Assembly (NCBI RefSeq): GCF_006345805.1 | Contig: NC_043013.1 | Span: 48,298,001-48,362,000 of the forward strand | DNA length: 64,000 bases | Direction: 5' to 3' | Source of the DNA: Octopus sinensis | Lineage: Eukaryota | Shown here: positions 51,401 to 64,000 of the stretch, one piece after another | How the letters are laid out: every line of letters starts with the position of its first letter | How positions within the stretch are numbered: the first letter of the stretch is position 1 | Translations under genes and position numbers: made by a program | The notes under the pieces: model-generated | The model's input: the letters and a program-made list of their open reading frames with translations, nothing else | What the model was told of the DNA's origin: nothing | Databases searched by the model: none

Positions 51401-54400
51401 AGAATAAGTACCAGGCTTAAAACGAATAAGTATTGGGGTCAATTCATTCAACCAAAATTTTTCAAGGCGGTGCCCCAGCATAGGTGCGGTCTAATGACTG
51501 AAACAGACGGTATAAACTCTGCATCATGTATTGAGTTCTCTTTTTTGTTTGTACTCATAAACATATATACACCTATGCACAAATAGTCACACTATACAAC
51601 AAGGTAATAACAATGGTTACAACAAAGAGCCATATGCCATAAGAATTATTAAAAATCTAAAAGAATTATTAAAAAAAAAAGAAGAAAAATAATCAAAACA
51701 AGAGTCAAGCAAGTTACAGGTTGTAACTTAGTAAGAAGTTAGGTACAAATCAAAGGAGGAAAAAGAAATTAGATATTTGAAATTGAAAATAATGGACTGC
51801 ATGATAGAAAAATTCATTCTTAATACACATCCATGAAAAGAAAAGTTAATAATTCCCAAACCTTTAATCATAACCTATTTAATTTACTTAAAAAATACAT
51901 TTCTTTTTTTCTTGAGCAACAAGTTTTAATGAAGATTAATCCATTTCAAACAGTAATTAAATTCCGTTCTATAAAAATATATTTCATGTTTGTTGCTATA
52001 ATTCTCAATATTAAGAACTACAGCAACAAATAACAAAATACTTTATTACACCTGGTTCTTCACATTTCACAAAGTAATCATATTGTTAGAAATGAAAACT
52101 TGCTACAAAACTTAATATAAATTTAATATAAATAATGTAGTCATTTAAAAGAGGGAAAGCCACATTAAAATTCAATAAACTCTTCAGTAAATCTTTCGAA
52201 AATACTATTTGCTAATATAATTTTGAAGGTGGGGCAACGTTGCAGAAACAAAATTAACAAAATTAATCTTCATCACTGTTAACGATTTTATGTTCTTTGC
52301 CACTCCAGGGTAATTCATCTAGCAAGACATTCCATAAAAATGGAATGTGTAAGAGGTGAAGGGAAGAAAGGTGAATATCTATTATGATAGTATTAATTTT
52401 ATGATAAAAGCAAAAATATATCAAGGAAAACTGTAAATTTAAAAAAGCTAATTCACATACTCAATATTAAATACTTGTGGTTTCAAGATATTAAAATTGT
52501 CAACATCCTACAATGAAAACAATTTACATATAACGAAAATATATAGTTTGCATAATAGTTGCAATTATTTTATTCGAAAGTTCTCCGAGATTTCTATAAT
52601 CCTATCTTCAGGTGTTAAGCACAATATATTTATACAACATACTTCTTATACTAGAATTTCTTCTAACTAAAGTATACTGGTTTATTAGCTCCTGGTTTTT
52701 CGGCTGATAATATTTCACTGTCTTAGCTCGTATCTGTGACTCAGCTTTTTGGTTAATTAAAGTAAAAGGAAAATGAAAAGGGGAGGAGAGAAATATCAAA
52801 TTAATACCCAAAAAAAAATCATCAGTTTTGATTAGATTTATTTTCTCAAACTTACATATAGGAATAATTATTACATTTTTATATTTCTATTATAGATATT
52901 ATATTGATGTGATTCCAGAGTAGTGATAATTCATCACCTACCAAGACACGATATAAATGTTCAGCAACTAGTTGCAATAAAATTCTGTTTGCAAAGATTT
53001 GAAATCTTTTAAGATTCTTTCACTGACTAATAAAAATAGTTATGTTTAGTTAGTCTTAATAAATAAAACAATAAACTAGGGAATTCCTGAGTGCCACCGG
53101 CTCAGGTGCCAGTGAAGCGACATTGGTAACAATCACGGTCATATATATATATATTTACAAGTTTCTTACAGTTTTTTTTGTGTGTGTGTGTGTATGTTTG
53201 TGTGTCTGTGTTTGTCCCCCCAACATCGCTTGACAACTGATGCTGGTGTGTTTTCATTCCTGTAACTTAGCGGTTCAGCGAAAGATAGAATAAGTACTAA
53301 AGCTTACAAAGAATAAGTCCTGGGGTTGATTTGCTCAACCAAAGGCAGTGCTCCAGCATGGTCGCAGTCAAATGACTGAAACAAGTAAAATAAAAAGTCA
53401 TTATTTACATTTATTTCGGTACGTTCTATAAACGTTATAGTTCTGTACAGTTCCCCATCCTGCAAGTAACCGGAGCAATACTTTATGACTGCGCTTCCTT
53501 CAACTAACCAATCAACTTTGAAACAAAAGCTGAAAGTCAACTGAAGCAAATAGAATTCGGCTTTGTCCAGTTTAATATCACAAAATTGACAAGAAAAGTT
53601 GATGAACAATAAAGCATTATGTATCACCAAAATATATGGTGGTTATTGTTCATCCTGAATGTCAACAAGTATAGTGCTTTAGCAGAATTATAGCAGGAAG
53701 TAGGATCTCAATTGCATGCCCACATTCAATTTCAATAAATTTAAATTTCAGAGTTGTCTCCTCTGTCCTTGTTGACCAGAATTAATCACTATGCTAATAG
53801 TTTATTTATTCTCCATGTAATTAGCACCATCTTAAACATGTTTTTGGCAAAGAAGGTATCCAGTATATAATTCACCACAGTCATTAGTGTAAGATATGAT
53901 ACAAGAGAGAGTCGAATATTCACAATGGCAAAATCAATTTAAGAATTAAGCAATTTTACCAGATGGGTGTGAGTTCTATCTTTGGATCAATGAACGTGTG
54001 TGTGTGTCTTAGAAGCTGCTAAAAGGCAACTAAAAATAATAATCCCTAATATAGCAAATAAAACTATTCCTACAACAGGTAAATGTGGTACCATGAGTAT
54101 CTAACACATAATAAGCACACTGTTTGAGTCTGTAAAGTGATTATGTCCACTTTTTTTTCCCATATCAGCAGATTTTTACCATATGTATTGGGAACTGTTA
54201 TTTACAGTTCCATTTGTAAATGAGGAGCATCTTAAAATTAGTGATAGTCAATGACATCTTGTAAACAACTGACATACCAGGACATACATTATTCACTAAC
54301 ACAGTAAATCATCATCATCATCGTTTAACATCCGTTCTCCATGCTAGCACGGGTTGGACGGTTCGACCGAGGATCTGGGAAGCCAGATGGCTGCACCAGG

Positions 54401-57019
54401 CTCGAGTCTGATCTGGCAGTGTTTCTACAGCTGGATGCCCTTCCTAATGCCAACCACTCCATGAGTGTAGTGGGTGCTTTGACTAGCACCTGGCAGTTGC
54501 CAGGGCCGCTGGCTGGACTGACTCTTGTGCAGGTGGCAAGTAAAGAGACACCGTTTCGACCCTGTGCTTGAGGAGAAGTAAAGACAATAGTAAAAGAACA
54601 GTCATTCCCAAAGACTAGCATAGCAACATCACACACCAACTACTATAAAAGCAAAGGAGACACTCTAGAAAGAAGCAAATGCAAAGACATTAAACTGAAA
54701 GTAATAGAAAGAGTTATAGAAAGAAGGTTGGATGAGATGCAGTTTGTGTCTGCTTCCTAGTGTGACAACTACAGAAGTTCTTAGCAAGGAGCTAACAGCT
54801 CAAGGATTTATTGACTTTGATGAAGAAAGCGTTTGACAGGGTGGCACAACCTGTAATCTTCTGACATGTGAATGTTATGCAAGCCAATGCTGTAAGCAAA
54901 GCTGAGTTAGCAACTAGTTCAGCAAGAATTTTAGTGTCCCTCAGGAGTTAGTTCACAGCCCCTTCTTGTTTATTATACTTCTCCAGACTACAACAGAAAA
55001 GTTTAAGATTGGCTATTCAAGGGAACTTTGCAAAACACTTCATTCAAAAGCCTATGTCTCACAATTACGTAGTATAAATGTTTATACACAAGCATCAGAT
55101 AATCTGCCCTTCATCCTTCATCATTATTCATTACTGGCAATCGGCATTACCTGAACCTTATCCATGCTATTCTTACCCTGCCTTCTATGCTCTTGGGGCA
55201 CCCTCCTACACTGTTAATTAGGTTACCTACATGACAAAAGTTGTTGACAACAAGAAGGAGTCTATCAAACATTTCAAACTATCCATTTCACGTTTTCTTA
55301 CTGCTGACTGCTCTCCAATGAATCTACCATACAGAAAGTCTACATTAACTGTCAACCTGCTAGAAAAAAAAAAAAAATCAGAGTTGGAGATTTATTACTT
55401 ATAGAGCAATCTATAATTCTTAAAATGTTATAGCAACTGTTCCAGAATGAAATTTATTTTACTTTGGTAAATTCTAAATTATTGTGTTTACGTCTAATCC
55501 ATGGCCAATAAATTAAAGTTCATTAAACCTTTTAAAAAATTACAAGCTATAATTTTTTTTTTTATAAATACATACTATGTAGCTGTATACGGCTCAAAAT
55601 TCTTTTTACATTTAAAATATACACATATTTATACCACAATAAAATTGAAATTTCATAACTTTCTTTTCCATGAAAAATGCAAATGTAACAACAAACATTT
55701 CTATTCATAGTACAACTTAAGGATCCAATAAGTGAGTCACTGTGAAGACTGAACCCCATGATTTTGTACAATAATACATAATCACGCCTTGATTAGAGAA
55801 GTGAAATTGCTCCTAAATTTCAAATAAAAAAATTACTTAGTTCCAAAGAAAATTCTAATTACTAAAGAAAGCAAAAAAAAAAAGAATGATTTTACATGCT
55901 GCCAGCAAAATAAAAGCCGATGTCTACTGGCATTGTTTTGCAAAACCAGAAACAGAGTAAAATATTTTGTAAGCAAATTCCTTCCAAGATGCACATTGGT
56001 ATATTTGTTGTAAAGGTATGATAGTCATTGCATATGACAGGTGAGAGGGAAACTGGTTTCTTTCTAAAGTAAATGGCAAGTTTGAGTTGTGCATGCATTA
56101 AGTGATAGGTGATATAAAAATTGTAGTTCAATTTTAAAAAAGTTACATTTCATTATACACTCACCATCTCTCTTTCTTTGCCTTTCTTTAATCTCACCAT
56201 CAGAACATCACCCCTCTGCTAAAATTATATTCCTAACTCTCCTCTATATCACTACCTTCAACTAACTTTCTTAACCATGTAATAAATATTACGTTCCCCT
56301 ACATGTCATGAACGCTTCTCTCTCTTTCTGCCTCATTCTTTGCCTTACCCACTTTTTCTTTCTCCATCTTTTTCTCTAATCCTGTGAAAGTGTTACTGAT
56401 GGGCTAAGTAATGTAATGACAAGCAGAATTATTAGAAGATTGCATCAACCTTTCCTGAAATGTAAAACATCAGTTCTCAAATCAAGAATTTAAAAATAAA
56501 AATGTTGCTTTTGAAGATTGTGATGTATCTGTATTGTTGATAACAAATGGTTCAATCACTAACTTACTTGACCACTTAGATATGACACCAAACTTCACTG
56601 TTCTGTTACACTCAGTTTAACATTTTATATAGTATTTCCTGAAGTACAAGACACCTAGTATTTCAGGAAATCTAATTTGCACAACTGAATAAGTTTCTAT
56701 GTTGTAAGAAGCTAATTGACAATAGTTCTAGCAGAGATCTTGCTTGGAAAAGCAATGAAGAAATATGATTTGGATTGACTGTAAATGAGGTTGAAGAATA
56801 TAAGAAAAAAGGTAAGACGGGGGGAGATAACGAAGCATTGCAGATGCCATTATCTACCATCATCAGCACTGCTTGGTCTTCCGATCTCACTTAGTCATGA
56901 AGTATGATGATGTGGGGCGGTGGGGGTTAAAAGTTTAAAGAATCATGTACATGAGAACAACATATGCAAGTATGCGCAGAAAGAAACATAAACATTCTGT
57001 AAAATATTTCTTTTTCTTT

Positions 57020-57241
57020 TTTTCTTCTTTTTACTTGTTTCAGTCATTTGACTGCAGCCATGCTGGAGCACCGCCTTTAGTCGAGCAAATCGACCCCGGG
57101 ACATATTCTTTGTAAGCCCAGTACTTATTCTATCGGTCTCTTTTTGCCGAACCGCTAAGTTACGGGGACGTAAACACACCAGCATCGGTTGTCAAGCAAT
57201 GCTAGGGGGACAAACACAGACACACAAACACACACACATAC

Positions 57242-57283
<42 letters not shown>

Positions 57284-57348
57284 CATACATATATATATAT
57301 ATATACATATATTATATATATATATATAATATATATATATAATATATA

Positions 57349-57393
<45 letters not shown>

Positions 57394-57398
57394 TATAC

Positions 57399-57440
<42 letters not shown>

Positions 57441-57483
57441 TATATATATTATATATATATATACTATATATATATATATATAT

Positions 57484-57536
<53 letters not shown>

Positions 57537-57599
57537 CATATATATATATGTACATATATAATATATATATATATACATTATATATATATATATATGTAC

Positions 57600-57631
<32 letters not shown>

Positions 57632-57673
57632 CTATATATATATATGTACAATATATATATATATATATGTATA

Positions 57674-57706
<33 letters not shown>

Positions 57707-57711
57707 CTATA

Positions 57712-57743
<32 letters not shown>

Positions 57744-57744
57744 C

Positions 57745-57779
<35 letters not shown>

Positions 57780-57950
57780 CATATATACGACAGGCTTCTT
57801 TCAGTTTCCGTCTACCAAATCCACTCACAAGGCATTGGTCGGCCCGGGGCTATAGCAGAAGACACTTGCCCAAGATGCCACGCAGTGGGACTGAACCCGG
57901 AACTATGTGGTTGGTTAGCAAGCTACTTACCACACAGCCACTCCTGCACC
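57020..57950 (-). mobile_element. SINE family A with central (TA)n tract expanded to ~550 bp
   Basis: SINE halves at 57020-57240 and 57785-57950 flank a TA-rich array. Confidence 0.9.
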
Positions 57951-60496
57951 TATATATATTTTTTTTAAATACAAAAAAGGGTCAAAATAGTTTATCAAAA
58001 GACAATAAATCCTAGAATGGTATAGAAGTGGAAAATATTGATAATTCAGGATACACGTGTCTAGAATCCAACTTAGAATAAAGTTACTGCACTAACAGAG
58101 TGGAACATCTCCCTTCTAATTTTATTATTAATCTTATTAATTCTTTGGTATTTTTGTAAACAAATTATTCACAAGTTAAAAGCTTGTCATTTCATAGCAG
58201 AATTCTACATCATACAGAATTAACAGTAACAGAATGCAACAATCATTCCAAATGTAAAATGGAATATTTCCTATGTGTTTATGCAATAGCAAACAAAACA
58301 GAAAACGTTGTTATAGTTTCTATTTGTTAAATGATAAATAAATGTTTTTAAAAAAAACAAAAAAAAGTAGATAACTAAACTACACAGTACAGCTGAAAAC
58401 AAGGAGATAGAGTAGAACATCTCACAAGAAACCTACTTATTTCTTTGGTGTTTCGGCTTTGTTTTCATCTTGGTTACTTCCTTTTATTTTACTTTACACT
58501 CATTAGACAATTTAATAGATCTCCCATTTAACAAATATAATACTTGCAATGTGAAATAAAAGATCTTAATGGAGTGAAGTTTGATTCTTATGAAAGCTTT
58601 TCCCCTAATCAAATCACATTGTAATAATCATGTTATTTCAACAAAATTTCAATGATTTCCGTCTGATGTAGCAGTTCCAAAAAAGATAACCAAATAAGGT
58701 AATGTATTCCCATTTGTTCCTTCGGTAAACTATTTTTTATACAATTCTCTTTTTATTATTTTCATAATTTTCCTTTCTTTTCTTTATTAAACTCTGATTT
58801 CTTAATAGAGGCACATGTAATTCAATGGATCCTGAGTTAAATCTTGCCAAAATATGATTTTTAGCATTGCCAAATTGTCTCATAAAACTTAAAGGCATTA
58901 CATCAATGTGGTCGATTTACAAAAAACACAAAATGTCATCAATGATTCAAACAATTTTTCATTAATGAAAGAAATTAAGATAAAATATTTCTATATAGTC
59001 ATATGTGTGTGTATTTACGATTTTCTCACCTCCTTTTGGGGTCAACAAAATAAAATACCAGTCAAGTACTGAAGCCAATACTGCCAGCTAATTCCCTTCC
59101 CCTCAAAATTGTTTATCCTTTTGCCTAAATCATTATTATTATTAGAATAGTAGAGTTTGCAAAATGCTTGGCAGTATTTCATCTGTCCTTATGTTCTGAG
59201 TTCAAATTCCACCAAGGCCATCTTTGCCTTTCGCTCTTTCAAGGTTGATAAAATAGATACTAGTTGAGCACTGGGGTCAATGTAATCAACTTGCCCGCAC
59301 CCCCTAAAATTGCTGGCCTTGTGTCAGTCGCTGAAAGCGGATGGTACCTGCAGAAGAGGGAGACCTGGGAAGATATAGGATGAAGTGGTGAGGATTGATC
59401 TTAGGATTTTGGGGTTCACAAAGGAAATGACAATAGACTAAGATGTTTGACAATATGAGGTCCTGGGGACAACTCATCTACGAAACTGAGTGCTAGAAGA
59501 GTTGTGTTCCACCCACAAGAAACAACACACTCTTCACCCACTTTACCCTTGCATCTTACTCTTCCTCACATTTCTTCCTCAGACTGTTGTCCAATCCCCT
59601 TTCTTGCCCTCACTGCCATGCTCACTGTATCACTGCTCCCCACCACTCACTCCCTATTTTCCTAACAAGGTTCTACATTCATATTCTTGTTACTTGTGAG
59701 TATACCCTAGCACTAGACCCTCTCTCTTCTACTCCCTCTTATACTTTTGCTGTTTCCTACTTTCTCTCTCTCCTTCTCTTGTTTTTCCTGACTAGGTCAC
59801 GAAGTATCACTTGTTTCTGGCCTCTTTCTGTAACTCACTCTATATGCATTCTCTCTCTCTCTCGCTGGGTAACCATGTACCTCATCTATAGCAAGACACC
59901 TATTTCTGCCACTCTATTTCTCTGTTACACTCATCATCTGATACTGGATCACATCCTCTAATGACGCCCTCAGTAGTGGTGAGACACCTGCTTCTGTCTC
60001 TCTGTCTCTCTGTCACACTCTAACTTCCATCTGCTGACACTAATTACCTGCCCCACTCATAACTCCTTGTCTTGTGAGTTAGTCGGTGACCCTGCCAGTG
60101 CTGGTGCCACATTAAAAGCATCCAGTCCACACTGTAACGTGGTTGGCATCTGGAAGGGGATCCAGTTGTAAAAAAATCTTACTAAAACTTATTTTGCTGC
60201 ACTAGTGCCACATAAAAAGCATTGAGTCCACTCTGCAGGGGGGTTGGTGTTAGGAAGGGCATCCAGTTGTAAAAAATCTTGCCAAAACAGACACAGTAAC
60301 CTTGGGTAGATTTTCTACTTGGTTGGTCCCTATCAACTGTCCTACCCATGCATGCATGCATGGAAGATGGATTTTAAACGATGATTATGATGATATATAT
60401 ATATATATATATATATAGGTACTGTAAATTTAGGGTGAATACTTGATAAGTATAAGCACCTGTATATATGCCAGACAGTGGCAGAGGTGAGAGAGA

Positions 60497-60640
60497 ATAT
60501 ATCAAATAAAATTAAAAACAGAACACAAAGGATATCGCAGTACACGTGTTTCACTGATGTAAGAACGGATTGTTTATAAAGCTTGAAACACATGTACTGC
60601 AATATCCTTTGTGTTCTGTTCTTAATTTTATTTGATATAT
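60497..60640. repeat. 57-bp inverted repeat (foldback) with a degenerate HHR-like core in the loop/arm
   Basis: 60497-60553 versus 60584-60640 show 3 mismatches. The loop starts CTGATGT and the right arm starts (T)GAAA-CACATGT-A. Confidence 0.7.
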
Positions 60641-61431
60641 ATATATATATTACACACAGCAACAGAGGTACCCAATGCTACTTGAATGCAATATGTAGGA
60701 ACATGCTACAATGCAGTTCCAGATACCAAGATAGAAAATACTTTATTCTTTCATTGTTTCAAGTATAGATATGTTTTTTATACTTCTAAAGTATTCATGT
60801 ATAATGTATGGTCTATTAATCAGGTGATTAGTTTATATTAAATCTAAAATATATTCAAATATTATAAAAATTAACAGTCTGATTTATAGAGCAGAAGATG
60901 TGAATTTAAAACAATTTTAAATGTGGATCCAGCTGTAGAGACACTGCCAGATCAGACTGGGCCTGGTGCAGCCTCCTGGCTTCCCAGACCCCAGTTGAAC
61001 CGTCCAACCCATGCTAGCATGGAAAGCAGACGTTAAACAATGATAATGGTCCTCGTTCATCATTGCTTCAATGTCCATTTATCCACGCTTGCCTTCCTGC
61101 CTCCCTGTTACCCACAGGTGACTGTTTCCAAGCAAGATATTTCCCCATGGACAAGCATGGTCTCACAAAAGACTGGAAATGAATGACACTGCTTGTATGA
61201 TAATGATACTCATTGACAATTACCATGTGATGTCAAGACGAGAAGACACAGATATACACACACGCACACACTCAAGTGCACACGCATGCACATACACACA
61301 CAACAGGGTTTTTTCAGTTTCCGATAACGAAATCCATTCACAAGGCTTTGGTTGACCCAGGGCTTCAGTGAGACTGAGTCCGAGATCATGTGGTCAAGAA
61401 ACAAACTTCTTAATCACACAGTCAGATCTGC

Positions 61432-61513
<82 letters not shown>

Positions 61514-61871
61514 TTCTTTCAAATGAACAAACACCTGTACAGTACCTATGGCGTTCTCTAAATTTGCTCTCATTGCTTACAATAACATAATGAATACTAC
61601 AGTGCAAGTGTGAATTTTCTATAGGAGTGTCCTTCTTTTGTGTGTGTGTGTGTGTGTGTGAGTGGTATTTATATGGATACATAACATGTCGTTTCTTTGT
61701 ACTTTATTGGACAACAAGATAAATCATTTAATACACCTTTATATTAGATGTGTGAAAAACCAAACATGTGTAAATATGGTTGATAAGATTAGAAACCTGT
61801 ATCAGAAGGGCTCAAGCAACCAGCCTCTCAGCTAGCTAACTGCATACATCAGTAGATTGAATGCAATAACA

Positions 61872-62215
61872 CAGTGGGTCTTAACTGAAGTCCATATGAC
61901 CTCCCTGGGTTCATATCAAATTTTGGGGGAAGGGGTCCATGCAAGTAAAATAGTAAATTGGGGATCCACAGTAGTATATTAAGGGTCAATGAAGAAGTTT
62001 TGATTCAGATGTGTTTATAACAAGAAACAGCTAAATTTATTTCCCAAATGTTTTACATAGTTCAACCTACACAAGGTAATGTGTAAATAACAAAATAGGA
62101 ATTCCAAAAGAAGTATCTATAAAATTAGGTTTTAAACATCGAATGGGTGGGGGGGTCCACCAGAATAAAATAGTAACCAAAGGCGTCCATAGATAAAAAT
62201 GGTTGAGAACCACAG
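61872..62215. mobile_element. hAT-type MITE
   Basis: Ends cagtgggtcttaac / gttgagaaccacag with 8-bp flanks caataaca/gaataaca (7/8). A related copy in opposite orientation begins cagtggttctcaac at 17081. Confidence 0.75.
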
Positions 62216-62363
62216 GAATAACAGATTATGAAAGAAAATTTTTAACAGCACTTGCTGTCGTCAGTGGGTCAGTATAATGACTGGTACAAGATCTCATAGC
62301 CTTCTCATGTGAAACTTATGATTTGGTCATAAAGGTAGTTTAGAAATATCACATTTTATTTAA

Positions 62364-62576
62364 CCCTTTAGCATTCAAACAGGCCATACCCAACCCGAAG
62401 ATCTGATTTGCTTTTATGTTCAAACTGGCTAGATCAGACCTCTCGTATTTACCCTACAATGTCACTCTAAACATAAACAACCACATCATCAAAATCATGA
62501 AGCTATGAAATAATACTTGGTTAATTTGAACCAATGTGGATAAATAAGTATAAGGCTTCATCTGAATGCTAAAGGG
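62364..62576. mobile_element. piggyBac-type MITE family 2
   Basis: TTAA|ccctttagcattca...tgaatgctaaaggg|TTAA; similar to 18626-18847. Confidence 0.85.
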
Positions 62577-64000
62577 TTAATAGATCAAAGCCAACGTTTG
62601 TTCTGATCCGCACTGTATAAAATAAATTTCATGCAATACGGAATAGTACATATCATCTTTTCTAACTGAAGAAAATTTTACAGCATCTGAAATATCAATG
62701 TTTTGCATTTATTGATACAAATTTCATAGAAATTCTGATAAGATCGAAAACATAGGGATGCTTCTATCTTGTAAAGATATTTTGCAGGGAACATATTAAA
62801 AAAAATTAACTTCAAACCGAAATGGAAGTTGTCAGCTTATCGAGTTGTGAGGGGGAACTAAACACGCTGCTCAAAACGTTAAAATCTCTTAATCAACATT
62901 AACCAGGATTTATTTAACAGCTGAAATAAGCCATAGCCAAATGGAAATTACAATAAAACTCTTGCATTGATTTACATTGGTGTTAACCGATAGTAAACAC
63001 TGATGGCAAGTGTGGCTGTGTTGAAATATTCATGTGTGATCTACTCACATGCACATAAAATACTTATTCTACAACTATATGACTTAATTAAAATACATAA
63101 TAAAACATATTTTCATCGTATGCATTAAAAGGTCAAAAGACATACGGATGGAGCACTTCAGAAACAAAACAAGTCAAAGAGAAAATTAACATTACAAATT
63201 TCTCTTCAAAACGAGAAAGAAAGAAAAGCGGTGAGCTGAATTTAACTTGTGATAAAGCAAGCAAAACACCGAAACCTACGCATAAATAATAACAGTAATT
63301 TAAAGTTATAATCAATTTGAGAATCTGAGTTTTAACAAAATTATATTTCTTAGTAGGAAAATATCTGACAAAATATTGAAATGTCAAACTGTATGAAGAT
63401 ATATAGCAGCAAGGGATAACTCATATTTAAAATTCCATTAGCCATTTACATTATTGTTCTTCAGATATTTTAAAGACTATATTCTACCTTAAGATATGAA
63501 GTTTAGAAAATGAGGAGGTTTTTGTTACTGCTTTTATTATTTTTTTTTCTTTGTTCTTAAAGACAAGCTAACATTTAAAGAGACACTAGAATTACGTTTA
63601 AAGTTATCTTGAATTTTAAAAAATCCTAACTTTGTATGAATTTGCCTACTAGAAGATTGAGCTTTTTCATCTAAATTCCACTACGTCTGAGTATGTGTTC
63701 AGTGTAGTGTAATGACTTAGGAAGCTTCTTGTTTAAATAACAGTAAAGCATCAGACATATGTGTGCACTGTTTGTGAGGTATTAGACATACATAATTACC
63801 TGCCCATTACCTCTGTATGTAGCAAAAATGAACATATGTCAAAGATCATATCAGTAAGCAATGGGTTTTATTCGAAAAACGATCATCAGAAGAAATTCAT
63901 AAACTGATTAAAACATATTGATTAAATATTGCTCAAGTTCAAGTTATAGAAGTGGTCCAGATTTCGAGAATGATAGTTTGCATTTGACTCTTCTGTATTA

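Noticed and set aside
51510-51540. Minus-strand DAEFI as the upstream PSMD3 exon
   Set aside because: The context (ENSIH-DAEFI-PSV) does not match LDSPEDAEFIVAK and there is no donor; chance match.
62235-62270. Minus-strand CTGACGA-CAGC.AAGT.GCTG as an HHR
   Set aside because: It is followed by TTAA rather than GAAA, with no stem I or III.
63860-63895. Minus-strand CTGATGA-TCG.TTTT as an HHR
   Set aside because: No GAAA and no stem I/III.

Overview
AT-rich, repeat-saturated eukaryotic genomic DNA. The SINE families and (TA)n/(CA)n content point to an Octopus species (inference from recalled repeat families). The only host gene I can support is PSMD3/Rpn3 (26S proteasome lid subunit) on the minus strand. 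Two phase-0 exons are present (45763-45918 and 13394-13444), separated by a ~32.3-kb intron; I found no other PSMD3 exon, so the whole window appears to lie inside the gene. The introns hold tRNA-derived SINEs, RTE, CR1/L2 and R2-Hero LINE relics, mariner elements, piggyBac-, hAT- and Helitron-type MITEs, a Gypsy RNase H relic and a ~2-kb 28-bp satellite. The most striking unannotated signal is a set of minimal type-I hammerhead ribozyme (HHR) motifs of the Penelope-like-element kind. One has an intact core (12789-12834) and forms the loop of a 350-bp foldback; two other foldbacks (46322-46484, 60497-60640) also carry HHR-like cores, and three more degenerate motifs occur elsewhere. This suggests a class of ribozyme-carrying, hairpin-forming non-autonomous retroelements. 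Boundaries of degenerate repeats are approximate, and no database search was possible.
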